From positions 111,848,001 through 111,912,000 of the forward strand of contig JBNRSN020000004.1 in the NCBI GenBank assembly GCA_051313645.2: DNA of 64,000 bases, written 5' to 3'. The notes below the pieces were generated by a model. That model made no database searches and was not told the DNA's origin. It was given only the letters and a program-made list of their open reading frames with translations. This document shows, in pieces, positions 27,163 through 38,014 of the stretch (within the stretch, counting starts at the first letter, position 1; each line of letters starts with the position of its first letter). The DNA comes from Centroscyllium fabricii. Its lineage: Eukaryota. Made by a program: the position numbers and the translations under genes.

Positions 27163-27635
27163 GGCAGCCTTAGTTCAAGTTGCTCGCCTCTGGAATAGAA
27201 GATTATGGGTTTGAACCCTGCACCAAACCTTGAATGCATAAACTAGGCTGATGCTCCAATTTAGTACTGAAGGAGTGCTGCATTATTGAAGCTGTGGTCC
27301 TTCATATCAGAGTTTAAACCAAGGTCCTATCCGTCTGTTCAGGAGGGTGTTAAAGGTCTCATGGCATTGTTCAGAGAAAAGCATTATTCTGGAAAGAGTT
27401 CGCCCAGTATCCTGGCCAACATTCCTCCGCAACCAATATCAAAAGAAACATAACAGATTAACCAGTCATTTATCTCATTGCTGTTTGCAGGATGTTGCTG
27501 CGACAGAATGGGTGTTGTGTATGCCTACATGACAACGGTTACTGCAATCCAGAAAAATAAAAAGCACTTCGTTGTGTGAAACACTTTGAGATATATTAAT
27601 GTGATAAAGCTGCATGCGAATGCAAGTTTTTATTT
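27163..27635 (+). mobile_element. Deu-SINE (SacSINE1-like) with L2-type tail
   Basis: Degenerate tRNA head, Deu-like core TTTAAACCAAGGTCCT...AAAGGTCTCATGGCA, tail AATGCAAGTTTTT; homologous to 61380-61700. Confidence 0.7.
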
Positions 27636-28041
27636 ATTTAACTGACCCATCTTCTCACCATTGTCCTTTGAAACTACGTTCAACTGGCTAGCCAGTACTC
27701 CATTGTGTGTTTCCCATTCCCTCTTTCCAAACTCTTACAAATTTGTGAACATGAACCAGCAGGTAAGTTTTTGAATAGGTTTACTAGGATAAAGGTTCGC
27801 ATGCAGTTGGAAAGGTTTCTTGACTACCTGCCTTTCAGTAGTAAAATGGCTATTATCCCATTGTCTCACCAACCTTTTTCCTTAAGTCATTGCAGTATGT
27901 AGCAGCAATGAGGCCAATGAGGTCAAAAGGTTAACACCGATATAGACTGCAGATGGTTGCTGGTCTGATCAATTGAAGTCACTGGTGGAACGGGTTAAAG
28001 CATTCATTGTACATGTGGGTCGGATGTAATTCCTTGGAAGT

Positions 28042-30445
28042 TAAGAACATAAGAACATAAGAAATAGGAGCAGGAGTAGGCCAATCAGCCCTTCCATCCC
28101 GCTCCGCCATTCAACAAGAGCATGGCTGATCTGATCCTAACCTCAATTTTACTTTTACTCTCCATCCCGCCCAAACCCATGTGATCACCCGGGAGAGGCA
28201 AAAAAACATAAAAAACCCAGTGGCCAATTTGGGAGAAAAAAATCTGGGAAATTCCTCTCCGACCCATCTAGGTGATCGAAAACTGGTCCAGGAGATCACA
28301 TGGCCGATCTGAACCTAGCCTCATGTCCACTTACCTGCCCGCTCACCATAACCCCTAATTCCCTTTACTTCCAGGAAACTGTCTATCTCTGTTTTAAATT
28401 TATTCAATGTAGTAGCTTCCACAGCTCTCTGGGGCAGCAAATTCCACAGCCCCACCACCCTCTGAGTGAAGAAGTTTCTCCTCATCTCAGTTTTGAAATG
28501 GCAGCCCCTTATTTTAAGATTATACCCCCTCGTTCTAGTTTCACCCACCATTGGGAACATCCTCACCGCATCCACCCGATCAAGCCCTCTCACAATCTTA
28601 TATATTTCAATAAGATTGCCTCTCATTCTTCTGAACTCCAATGAGTAGAGGCCCAATCTACTCAACCTCTCGTCATATGTCAGCCCCCTCATCCCAGGAA
28701 TTAACCTAGTGAACCTTCTTTGCACTGCCTCAAGAGCAAGTATGTCCTTTCGTAAATATGGATACCAGAACTGCACGCAGTACTCCAGGTGTGGTCTCAC
28801 TTATACCCTGCACAACTACAGCAAGACCTCCCTGCTTTTATACTCCATCCCTTTAGCAATAAAAGCCAACATTCCGTTGGCCTTCCTGACCACCTGCTGC
28901 ACCTGCATACTAACTTTTTGTGTTTCCTGCACCAGGACCCCCAGATCCCTTTGCACGGAAGTACTTTCCAGTTTATTTCCAGTTAGATAATAACTTGCTC
29001 TATTATTTTTCCTGCCAAAGTGCAGAACTTCACACTTTCCAATATTATATTCCATCTGCCAAATCTCTGCCCACTCACTTAGCCTATCTATGTCCTTTTG
29101 CAGGTTTTTAATGTCCTCCTCACTCATCACACTCCCTCCCATCTTTGTGTCAGCCGCAAACATTGATATGTTGCACTTGGTCCCTTCCTCCAAATCATTA
29201 ATATAGATTGTAAAGAGTTGGGGTCCCAGCACCGACCCTTGCGGAACACCACTAGTCACTGATTGCCAGTCTGAGAACGAACCATTTATCCCAACTCTCT
29301 GTTTTCTGTTAGAATGCCAATCCTCCACCCATGCCAGAATATTACTCCCAATCCCGTGATTTTTTATCTTGAGCAATAATCTTTTGTGTGGCACCTTGTC
29401 AAATGCCTTTTGGAAGTATAAATACACTACATCCACTGGTTCCCCTTTATCCACCCTGTATGTTATGTCCTCAAAGAACTCTAGCAAATTTGTCAAACAT
29501 GACTTCCCCTGTGTAAAACCATGCTGACTTTGTCCTATTAAATTATGTTTATCCAAATGCCCTGTTACTGTTTCCTTAATAATGGACTCTAACATTTTGC
29601 CAACCACAGATATTAGGCTAACTGGTCTATAATTTCCAGCCTTCTGTCGACTACCCTTTTTAAACAAAGGCGTTACATTAGCAGTTTTCCAATCTGCCGG
29701 GACCTTTGCCGAGTCCAGAGAGTTTTGAATAATTATTACCAATGAATCCACAATCCCTACTGCTATTTCCCTCATGACCCGAGGATGTAAGCCATCAGGT
29801 CCAGGGGATTTATCCGCCTTAAGTCCCATTATTTTACCGAGTACCACTTCCTTAATGACTTTAATCGTAATTAGCTCCTCCCCCCTCCTAAGTCCCCTGT
29901 TTATCCAGTGTTGGGATATTTTTTAGTGTCCTCTACTGTAAAGACTGATACAAAATATTTGTTCCGCGTTTTTGCCATCTCCATGTTCCCTACCACTAAT
30001 TTCCCGGTCTCACCCTCTAAGGGACCAACATTTACTTTAGCCACCCTTTTTCTTTTTATGTAACTATAGAAACTCTTGCTATCTGTTTTTATATTTTTTG
30101 CTCATTTACTTTCATAATCTATCTTCCCTTTCTTAATCAATCTTTTTGTTATTTTTTGCTGACTTTTAAAAGCTTCCCGATCTTCTATCCTCCCACTAGA
30201 TTTGGCTACCTTATGTAACCTTGTTTTTAGTCGGATACTCTCCTTTATTACTTTACTTAGCCGCAGATAGCTGTTTTTTCTTTTACACCCTTTTTTCCTC
30301 AGTGGAATATATTTTTCTTGAAAGTTGGAAAATAACTCCTTGAATACACACCACTGATCATGTACCGTCTTATTCTTTAATCTGTTTTCCCAGTCCACTT
30401 TAATCAATTCTGCTCTCATACCATCATAGTCTCCTTTATTTAAGT
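28042..30445 (-). mobile_element. CR1 LINE, 5'-truncated, RT domain largely readable
   Basis: KSPGPDG, YRPVSL, FQKAFDKV, GVPQGSVLGP, FAAD (from FADD), RPHLEYCVQFW; tail (TAAGAACA)n. Confidence 0.97.
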
Positions 30446-31025
30446 TGTGGGTGTCTTTCTGATTTGTTTCCAATAGCAGATCCCCAGTCCTTTACACTGC
30501 AAGTTTAGTGTCCGTGTGACATGAGTTCATCATTGCATGGACATTAAACTGTCAGTGTTAGTCCAGAGTCAAGGTCCAATCTGATTGGAGCAAAGCAATG
30601 TGTGACTCCTTTGAGGAGGTAATCTCACACCACTCGTGTCAGACCTGGTTTGCAAAGTGCTCAGGGGACCGGTTGGACAATTTGTAAACTTAGCTGACCT
30701 TAGTTTAAATGTTTAGAGAGCAGAAATTTCCCCTTCCTGCTCTCAGACAACTTAAATTTCTAACTTTTTGGAAACAGCCATGCCCATGCATGTATCCAGG
30801 AATGTGTTGATCTCTCTCCTGAACAGGACAGTTGAAGTTCCAGCCAGGCAGGAGCCAAGCAACGTAAACATGGTTCTGCCTAGCTAGAACCTGGTCTGAG
30901 ACTGGTAGCTGGAGTATAGGTTCTTGTTAAAGGGCTGTTGTACCGGCAGTTTAATAGTGTTTGTGAACATACCCTTACTTGGAGGGTAGTGTGGTAGCAG
31001 TTTTACACCCAAATAAACAAGCCAT

Positions 31026-31266
31026 TGTAGCGGTACGCCGGCTGGCGAATCCGCCTCGGGAGTACTGCGGGGCATAGCCCCGCCCACCGGGTGACGCGAT
31101 GATGTCACCACGTCTCTCGGCGTGATGAGGTCAGCGGCGAGCGGGCAGTTTAAAAGAGCTCGCTCCTCGTGGCTCATTCTCTTTCTCATGTAGTACTGTT
31201 GAATAAAGTGTTGTTAACTGTCTCTCTCCGGCTCCTGCGTGGTCCTTGGGTCCTGTAAGCGCAACA
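31026..31266 (+). mobile_element. Solo LTR (241 bp)
   Basis: TG...CA ends (TGTAGCG/CGCAACA, 6/7 inverted match), 4-bp TSD CCAT at 31022-31025 and 31267-31270, internal TTTAAAA followed by AATAAA. Confidence 0.85.
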
Positions 31267-31411
31267 CCATAAGCAATTCATTATAAGACTATCGATTTTT
31301 TGATTGTTATTTATTCACTGTTCCCTAATTGTACATACTGGAATCCAGCAATAAGACAAAAAATGTGATTACATTTGAAAAGCATAAATTCCTCAGAATT
31401 TAAATGACTGA

Positions 31412-32347
31412 GGGCGCGAAATTGGCGCCTTAGCGCCAGCCCATTAGCGGCAAAAATGAGCGCTAATGGGCCGGCGCTGAATTAGCGCCCAAATTCGCAC
31501 CGGTTCTAAACGCTAGCGCTGCGCCGCCTGACGATCAACAATCGTCGTGGCAATGCGTGTGCAACAGCCGCCGGCGGGCTGCGCCCGTTATTGGCCTTAG
31601 CGCCTTCGCAGCGCCACCCACGCTATTAGCGACAGCTTTTGCAAGCGCTGCAGCGGCTTTGAGTGGCCGCTTCAGCGCTGCTAAAAGGGCCACCCTCCCT
31701 CTTCGGCCCGAGTGCGGCCAGCTGATGGGGGGAGTCGGCCTGAGCGGCCAATTGATGAGAGAGCGGGGAGGGGGGCCGGATCTCTGATCAGTGGCATCTC
31801 TGAGTGAGCGGGGAGGGGGGCCGGCTCTGTGATCAGTGGCGTCTCGGAGAGAGCGGGGGGAGCGGGGTGCGGCTCTCTGATCATTTGCGTCTTGGTGGTT
31901 CGCGGCGACCCACCAAGACGCAAATGGTCAGAGAGCCGCCCCCCTCCCCGCTCTCTCCGAGACGCCACTGATCAGAGAGCCGGCCCCCCTCCCCGCTCTC
32001 TCCGAGACGCCACTGATCACTGAGCCGGCCCCCCTCCCCGCTCTCTCCGAGACGCAACTGCTCAGACAGCACGGAGAACAGCTGCTGCTCCCCCTTTAAT
32101 GCCTCATCGGCTGCAGAGGCGATGGGGAAGCAAGCAGTCAGTCAGGGAGCGCTGCGCCCGGGAACGGCCATTAGCGCCGGGATATTAGCCGCCTAACTCT
32201 CGTGCAAGGCGGGAATTTGTGCCGAAATCTTCAAGGCCGCCGCTAGCGCCAATTGTGGACCTGTCAGTGCTAATTTAGCGGCGGCGCTAAATTTTTGCAC
32301 AGCGCCAAATTTAGCGCCCATTTTGTGCGTTGACGAATTTTTTGGCC
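31412..32347. mobile_element. MITE family B, copy 1 (PIF/Harbinger-like)
   Basis: Degenerate 12-bp TIRs, 3-bp TSD TGA/TGA, many subterminal TAGCGC/GCGCTA motifs; homologous to 61916-62766. Confidence 0.82.
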
Positions 32348-34639
32348 TGAATGTTTTCTCAACAAAATCTTTTCTTATTTAAGGGGACATCCAGTTGATA
32401 ATAGCAGTGAAATTTAGAAATGACTAGCTGTAAGTTCCTTCGTACATGAGCAACTCTTGCTATTTATTCAGACTATGATCTTGAATATTTGGTAATAATG
32501 TAATTGAACATAAACATTTTACATTTTATTTTTAAGAAATTTAAATGTAGCCAGAGTAGTTTAAATTAAAAAAAGCTTGTGGATGTTGTTGACTATTATC
32601 ATTACTTATCAATATTCGCAATTTCATATTTTTACTTAAGAACTTTCCTAGAAACTAATAGCATAAATAATTCTGCATCTATCTCATAATCTCACATAAA
32701 TACCAGGATACTGTTTTTCCAATTAACCTTTGCTTGGTTTTATTCTTGCAAGGTACACAGAAGTATTTACACTTGTCAATTGGACATTTATTCCTCATTT
32801 TATCTTCCTCCGAAAAACTTAAATAAAAAAATCTCTACTTTCTTAGAAATACTCCAGAGCTTTGTATAAAACCTTTCTCTTCTTCAATGTTAACACACCA
32901 AAGTTATCTTCGGCAATCGCCTTCTGAATTATTAAACTCTTTTAGTGGCTTTAACCTGTAAAGAAAAGGATTATGGGGTTACTTCATGTCTGTTGAAGAA
33001 ATACACAAGAAACCAACTCACTGTTTGTCATGAATATTTCACATTCATTAGAACATCATTATCTATATTTTAATATCCACCATTTTAGAAGGGTGATGGT
33101 AAAAGAATATCGGAGTAGTTCATTAAAAAAATTCTGAGCCGCTCAATTACTGTACATCAATAATTAACCTCTTCATACAGATTTTTGAACCCAGAGGAAC
33201 TGTAAAATGTTCATTATATGTGTTTTCTCTAAAATGATTAAATGAAGCAAAATATGAAAAAATCTAGTTTACTAATAATCAATTAATCTGTAAGAGTAAA
33301 CTTTGTTAATTTGAGGAGACGCTGTAACAATCTTTTCTGAATCAGCATATTGATATTGCTAGAGTGGCCTCTTTTTGTTGTTGCCATGGATTTTAACAAA
33401 TTTGGCCCATTATATTGTTTAGTCTGGAGGAATCCTAGGACAGAATGTGCCAAGTCAATGTTATTAGAGTACAGAACAAAACATACAAACTTAATTAATA
33501 ATGTTCACTAAAGTTTTGACTCAATTTTACATGAAGAAAAAGTTCAGTAAGGATTACCATATGTTTAATTTAATGATAGGATAGACATATTTCATGTGAG
33601 TTGCAGTTAAATCTTTGAAAATGATTTAGACGATGCATTACAAAGTGTCTGCCATGGGTTTAGAAACCGATACTTGACCCACACTGTAATCTTGTATGCA
33701 GTGCAGAGATGGATGGCGGTAGTGTCCCTACACTGCTTAAAAAAGAAATAATGGTTGTATCCCAATCACTCTTAATCATATGAGGTCTCATAACTGAAAT
33801 TCATCTCCGTCTCATTTGTTAAAATTAATGTGATTGCATAACACAGAGATATTCTGAATCTATGACCACCTATAAAAAGCTAGATATTTTCACAAAGATT
33901 TTCAGAATTACTTGCACCAGATTTCTGGTGTTTTAAAAAAATGTATTCATACGCAGGAGGTGGGCATCGCTGGCAAGGCCAGTGTTTATTGCCCATCCCT
34001 AACTGTCCTTGAGAAAGTGGTGGTGAGCTGCATTCTTGACCCGCTGCAGTCCGTGTGGTGAAGGTTTTCCCACAGTGCTGTTAGGGAGGGAGTTCCAGGA
34101 TTTTGACTCAGCAACGATGAAGGAACAATGATATATTTCCAAGCCAGGATGGTGTGTAACTTGGAGGGGAACTTGGAGGTGGTGGTGTTCCCATGCACCT
34201 GCTACCCTTGTCCTTCTGGGTGATAGAGGTCGCAGGTTTGGGAGGTGCTGCCGAAGAAGCCTTGGCGAGTTGCTGCAACGCATCTTGTAGATGGTACACA
34301 CTGCAGCCAAAGGACGCCGGTGGTGGAAAGAGTGTCTAAGGTGATGGATGGGGTGCCAATCAACTGGACTGCTTTGTCTTGGATGGTGTCGAGCTTCTTG
34401 AGTGTTGTTGGAGCTGCACTCATCCAGGCAAGTGGAGAGTATTCCATCACACTCCTTACTTGTGCCTTGTAGATGGTGGAAAGGCTTTGGGGAGTCAGGA
34501 GTTGAGTCACTCACCACAGAATACCTAGTCTCTGACCTGCTCTTGTAGCCACAGTATTTTTGTGGCTGGCCCAGTTAAGTTTTGAGACAATAGTGACCCT
34601 CAGGATGTTGATGGTGGGAATTCAATGAGGGTAATGCCA

Positions 34640-34862
34640 AAAGACATGCACGTTACGTGAATTGGAGATACTAAAAATAAATTGCCCATGCGTATGTGTG
34701 TGAGATATAGTTCTTAGAGTTGGGGGTGTCGGGGGATATGGGGAGAGGGTAGGAGGGAGGTGCTGGGTTTGGATGATCAACCATGATCTCATCAAAATGG
34801 CGAAGAAGGCTCGAAGGGCCGAATGGCCTACTCCTGCTCCTATCTTCTGTGTGTTTCTGTGT
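34640..34862 (+). mobile_element. 5'-truncated SINE with CR1-type tail, nested in family X LINE
   Basis: Tail GCTGGGTTTGGATGATCA...GGCCTACTCCTGCTCCTA matches the SINE at 10561; host resumes at ATTGAAT. Confidence 0.75.
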
Positions 34863-34989
34863 ATTGAATATCAAGGGAGGGTGTTAGACTCTCTTTTTGG
34901 AGATATTCATTGCATGGCATTAGTGTTTTTTTAATTTGTTCCTGGGATGTGGACGTCACTGGCAAGACCAGCATGGATTGCCCATCCTT

Positions 34990-35203
34990 TGGAATTCTCT
35001 ACCCCAGAGGGCTGTAGAGGCCCAGTCGTTAAGTATATTTAAGACAGAGATCGATAAATATTTGGATACTAAGGAAATCAAGGGATATGGGGATAGTGCA
35101 GGAAAGTGGAGTTGAGGTTGAAGATCAGTCATGATCTGATAGAATGTTGGAGCAGCCTTGAGGGGCCGAATGGCCTACTCTTGCTTCTATTTCTTATGTT
35201 CTT
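34990..35203 (+). mobile_element. Short CR1 3' fragment nested in a family X 3' end
   Basis: TGGAATTCTCTACCCCAGAGGGCTGT (WNSLPQRAV) through the stem-loop and TTCTTATGTTCTT tail. Confidence 0.88.
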
Positions 35204-37245
35204 ATCCCTAATTGCCCTCGAGAAGGTGGTGAGCCGCCTTCTTGAACCACTGCAGTCCGTGTGGTGAAGGTACTCCCATCGTGCTGTTAGGGAGGGAGTT
35301 CCAGGATTTTGACCCAGCAACGTTGAAGGATTGGCGATATATTTCGAAGTCAGGATGGTGTGTGACTTGGAGGGGAACTTGGGGGTCATGGTGTTTCCAT
35401 GCATCTGCTGCCCTTGTCCTTCTAGGTGGTAGAGGTTGTGGGTTTGGGAGGTGCTGTTGAAGTGTGGTGTGAATGTTACTTGCCACTTATCAGCCCAGCC
35501 TGGATGTTGTCCAGGTCTTGCTGCATGCAGGCACAGACTGCTTCATTATCTGAGGAATTGCAAATGGAACTAAACACTGCAATCATCAGCGAACATCTCC
35601 ACTTCTGACCTTATGATGGAGGGAAGGTCATTGATGAAGCAGCTGAAGATATTTAGGCCTAGGACCCTGCCCTGAGGAACTCCTGCAGCGATGTCCTGGG
35701 GCTGAGATTATTGACCTTCTACAACTACAATCACTTTCCTTTGTGCTGGGTATGACTCCAGCCAGTGGAGAGTTGTCTCCCCCGATTCCCATTGACTTCA
35801 GTTTTACTAGGGCTCCTTGGTGCCACACTCGGTCAAATGCTGCCTTGATGTCAAGGGCAGTCACTCTCACCTCACCTCTGGAATTCACCTTTTAGTTCAT
35901 GTTTGGACCAAGGCTGTAATGTGGCCTGGAGCCGATTTGTCCTGGCGGAACCCAAACTGAGCATTGGTGAGCAGGTAATTGGTGAGTAAATGCCACTTGA
36001 TAGCACGGTCAACAACACCTTCTACCACTTTGTTGATGATTGAGTATAGGTTGATGGGGCGGTAATTGGCTGGATTGGATTTGTCCTGCATTTTGTGGAC
36101 AGGACATACCTGGGCTATTGTCCAGGGCTATTGTCCACATTGCTGGGTAGATGCCATTGTTTTAGCTGTACTGGAACAGCTTTGCGAGGGACATGGCTAG
36201 TTTTGGAGCACAAGTCTTCAACACTACAGCTGGGATATTGTCGGGGCCTATAGCCTTTGCTGTATTCAGTGCGCTCAGCTGTTTCTTGGTAGCACATGAA
36301 GTGAGTTGAATTGGCTCTAGACTGATACCTGTGGTGGTGGGGACCTCAGGAGGAGGCTAATATGGATCATCCACTTGACACTTCTGGCTCAAGATGGTTG
36401 CAAACGCTTTAGCCTTGTCTTTTGCACTCTGCCATTATTGAGGTTGGGGATGTTCATGGAGCCTCCTCCTCCCATTAGTTGTTTAATTGTGCACCACCAT
36501 TCACGACTAGCTGTGGCAGGACTGCAGAGCTTTGATCTGATCCGTTGGTTGTGGGATCGCTTAGCTCTGTCTATAGCTTGCTGCATCTGCTGTTTAGCAT
36601 GCATGTAGTCCTAAGTTGTAGCTTCACCAGGTTGGCACCTCATTTTTAGGTACGCCTAGTGCTGCTCTTGGCATGTTCTACACTCCTCATTGAACCAGGG
36701 TTGGTCACCTGGCTTGATGATAATGGTAGAGTGAGCAATATGGTGGGTCATGAAGTTACAGATTGTGGTGGAATACAATTCTGCTGCTGATAATGCACAG
36801 ATTCTGTTCTGAATCCATCCCATTTAGCATGTTTTTTTTTTATTCGTTCTTGAGATGTGGATGTCACTGGCAAGGCCAGCATTTATTGCCCATCCCTGGT
36901 AGTGCCACACAACATGATGGAGGGTGTTCTCAGTGTGAAAACAAATCTTTGTCTCCACAAGAACTGTGTGGTGGTCACTCCTGCCAATACTGTCATTGTC
37001 AGATGCATCTGCGACGGGTAGAGGGCGAGGTCAAGTAGGTTTTTCCCTCGTGTTGGTTCTCTCACGACCTGCCACAAACCCAGTTTGGCAGCTATCTCTT
37101 TCAGGACTCGGCCAGCTCGGCCAGTAGTGGTGCTACCGAGCCACTCTTGGTGATAGACATTGAAGTCCCTCATCCAGAGTGCATGGAGGAGTACGGATTC
37201 ATCAGCTGAGGGAAGGTGGTATGTGGTAATCAGCAGGAAGTTATT

Positions 37246-38014
37246 GCCTGGAAATTGCGATCGGAGGCTTGCCGCACGTGTACGCCTCCGAACAGAAAGA
37301 AAACTGGATGGTGTCTCTGGAACTGTGGATTGTTCCAGTCCTGGCCTGCAGGCGTACGCCTGCGTAAAGGCCCACGGATCTCAGGGGCGCATGCGGTTCG
37401 CAAGCGTCCCTGGGATCACGTGGACCATGCCAACCAATCAAAAAGGGGGAATTCCTATGATGCTTATAGGGATTCCATTTATGTATTGAATCCCCATAAG
37501 CATAATAGAAATCACCAAATAAATACAATTTCACACCACTTAAATAAAAATAATCACGGGTTCAAAATGAATGAAGAAACCCTTCAATTAAACATTTAGA
37601 AAAAAAATTGCATTTTTTGAAAAATAAATGTAATCATTTTTAAATGGGACAAAATTGACCTAAACTAATTTTAAATGTAAGTGAATGTTTAAATCATTAA
37701 AAACAAATTATTTTAACATTTATTTTAACCTTTACACTGGTAAAAGAAGGTCTTATGCCTGCTTTTACCCTGTGTAAGGTTGTCGTTGGTATTCGCTGGG
37801 TAGTAGTTGGGCAAATAGCCCAACTCTGCGCCAGTGAAAGTGATTTTGTAGCGGATGCGGTGGATCTGTCCAAGAGAAACTTGACAGGTCGCAAGTTCCA
37901 GGTTTTCGCGCATGCGCAGCGCATGTGTAAACCCGGAACTTGTGGGGCCATTCTGAAGGCTTCCTACAGCGTAAGCTGTGCAAACACTGTCAGAAGCACC
38001 ATAAAATCTGGGCC
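37246..38014. mobile_element. MITE-like element with GC-rich arms and AT-rich core
   Basis: Ends GCCTGGAAATT...AAATCTGGGCC; CpG-rich arms around a poly-A/T centre. Confidence 0.6.

Larger units (their letters stand above)
33940..37240 (-). mobile_element. LINE family X (CR1/L2-group non-LTR element), decayed ORF2 with nested insertions
   Basis: Endonuclease DFNVYHQEWLGS/NLLDL, RT NPANYRPI and ALDIKAAFDRVWHQG, C-terminal YKAQVRSVMEYSPLAW. Confidence 0.9.
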
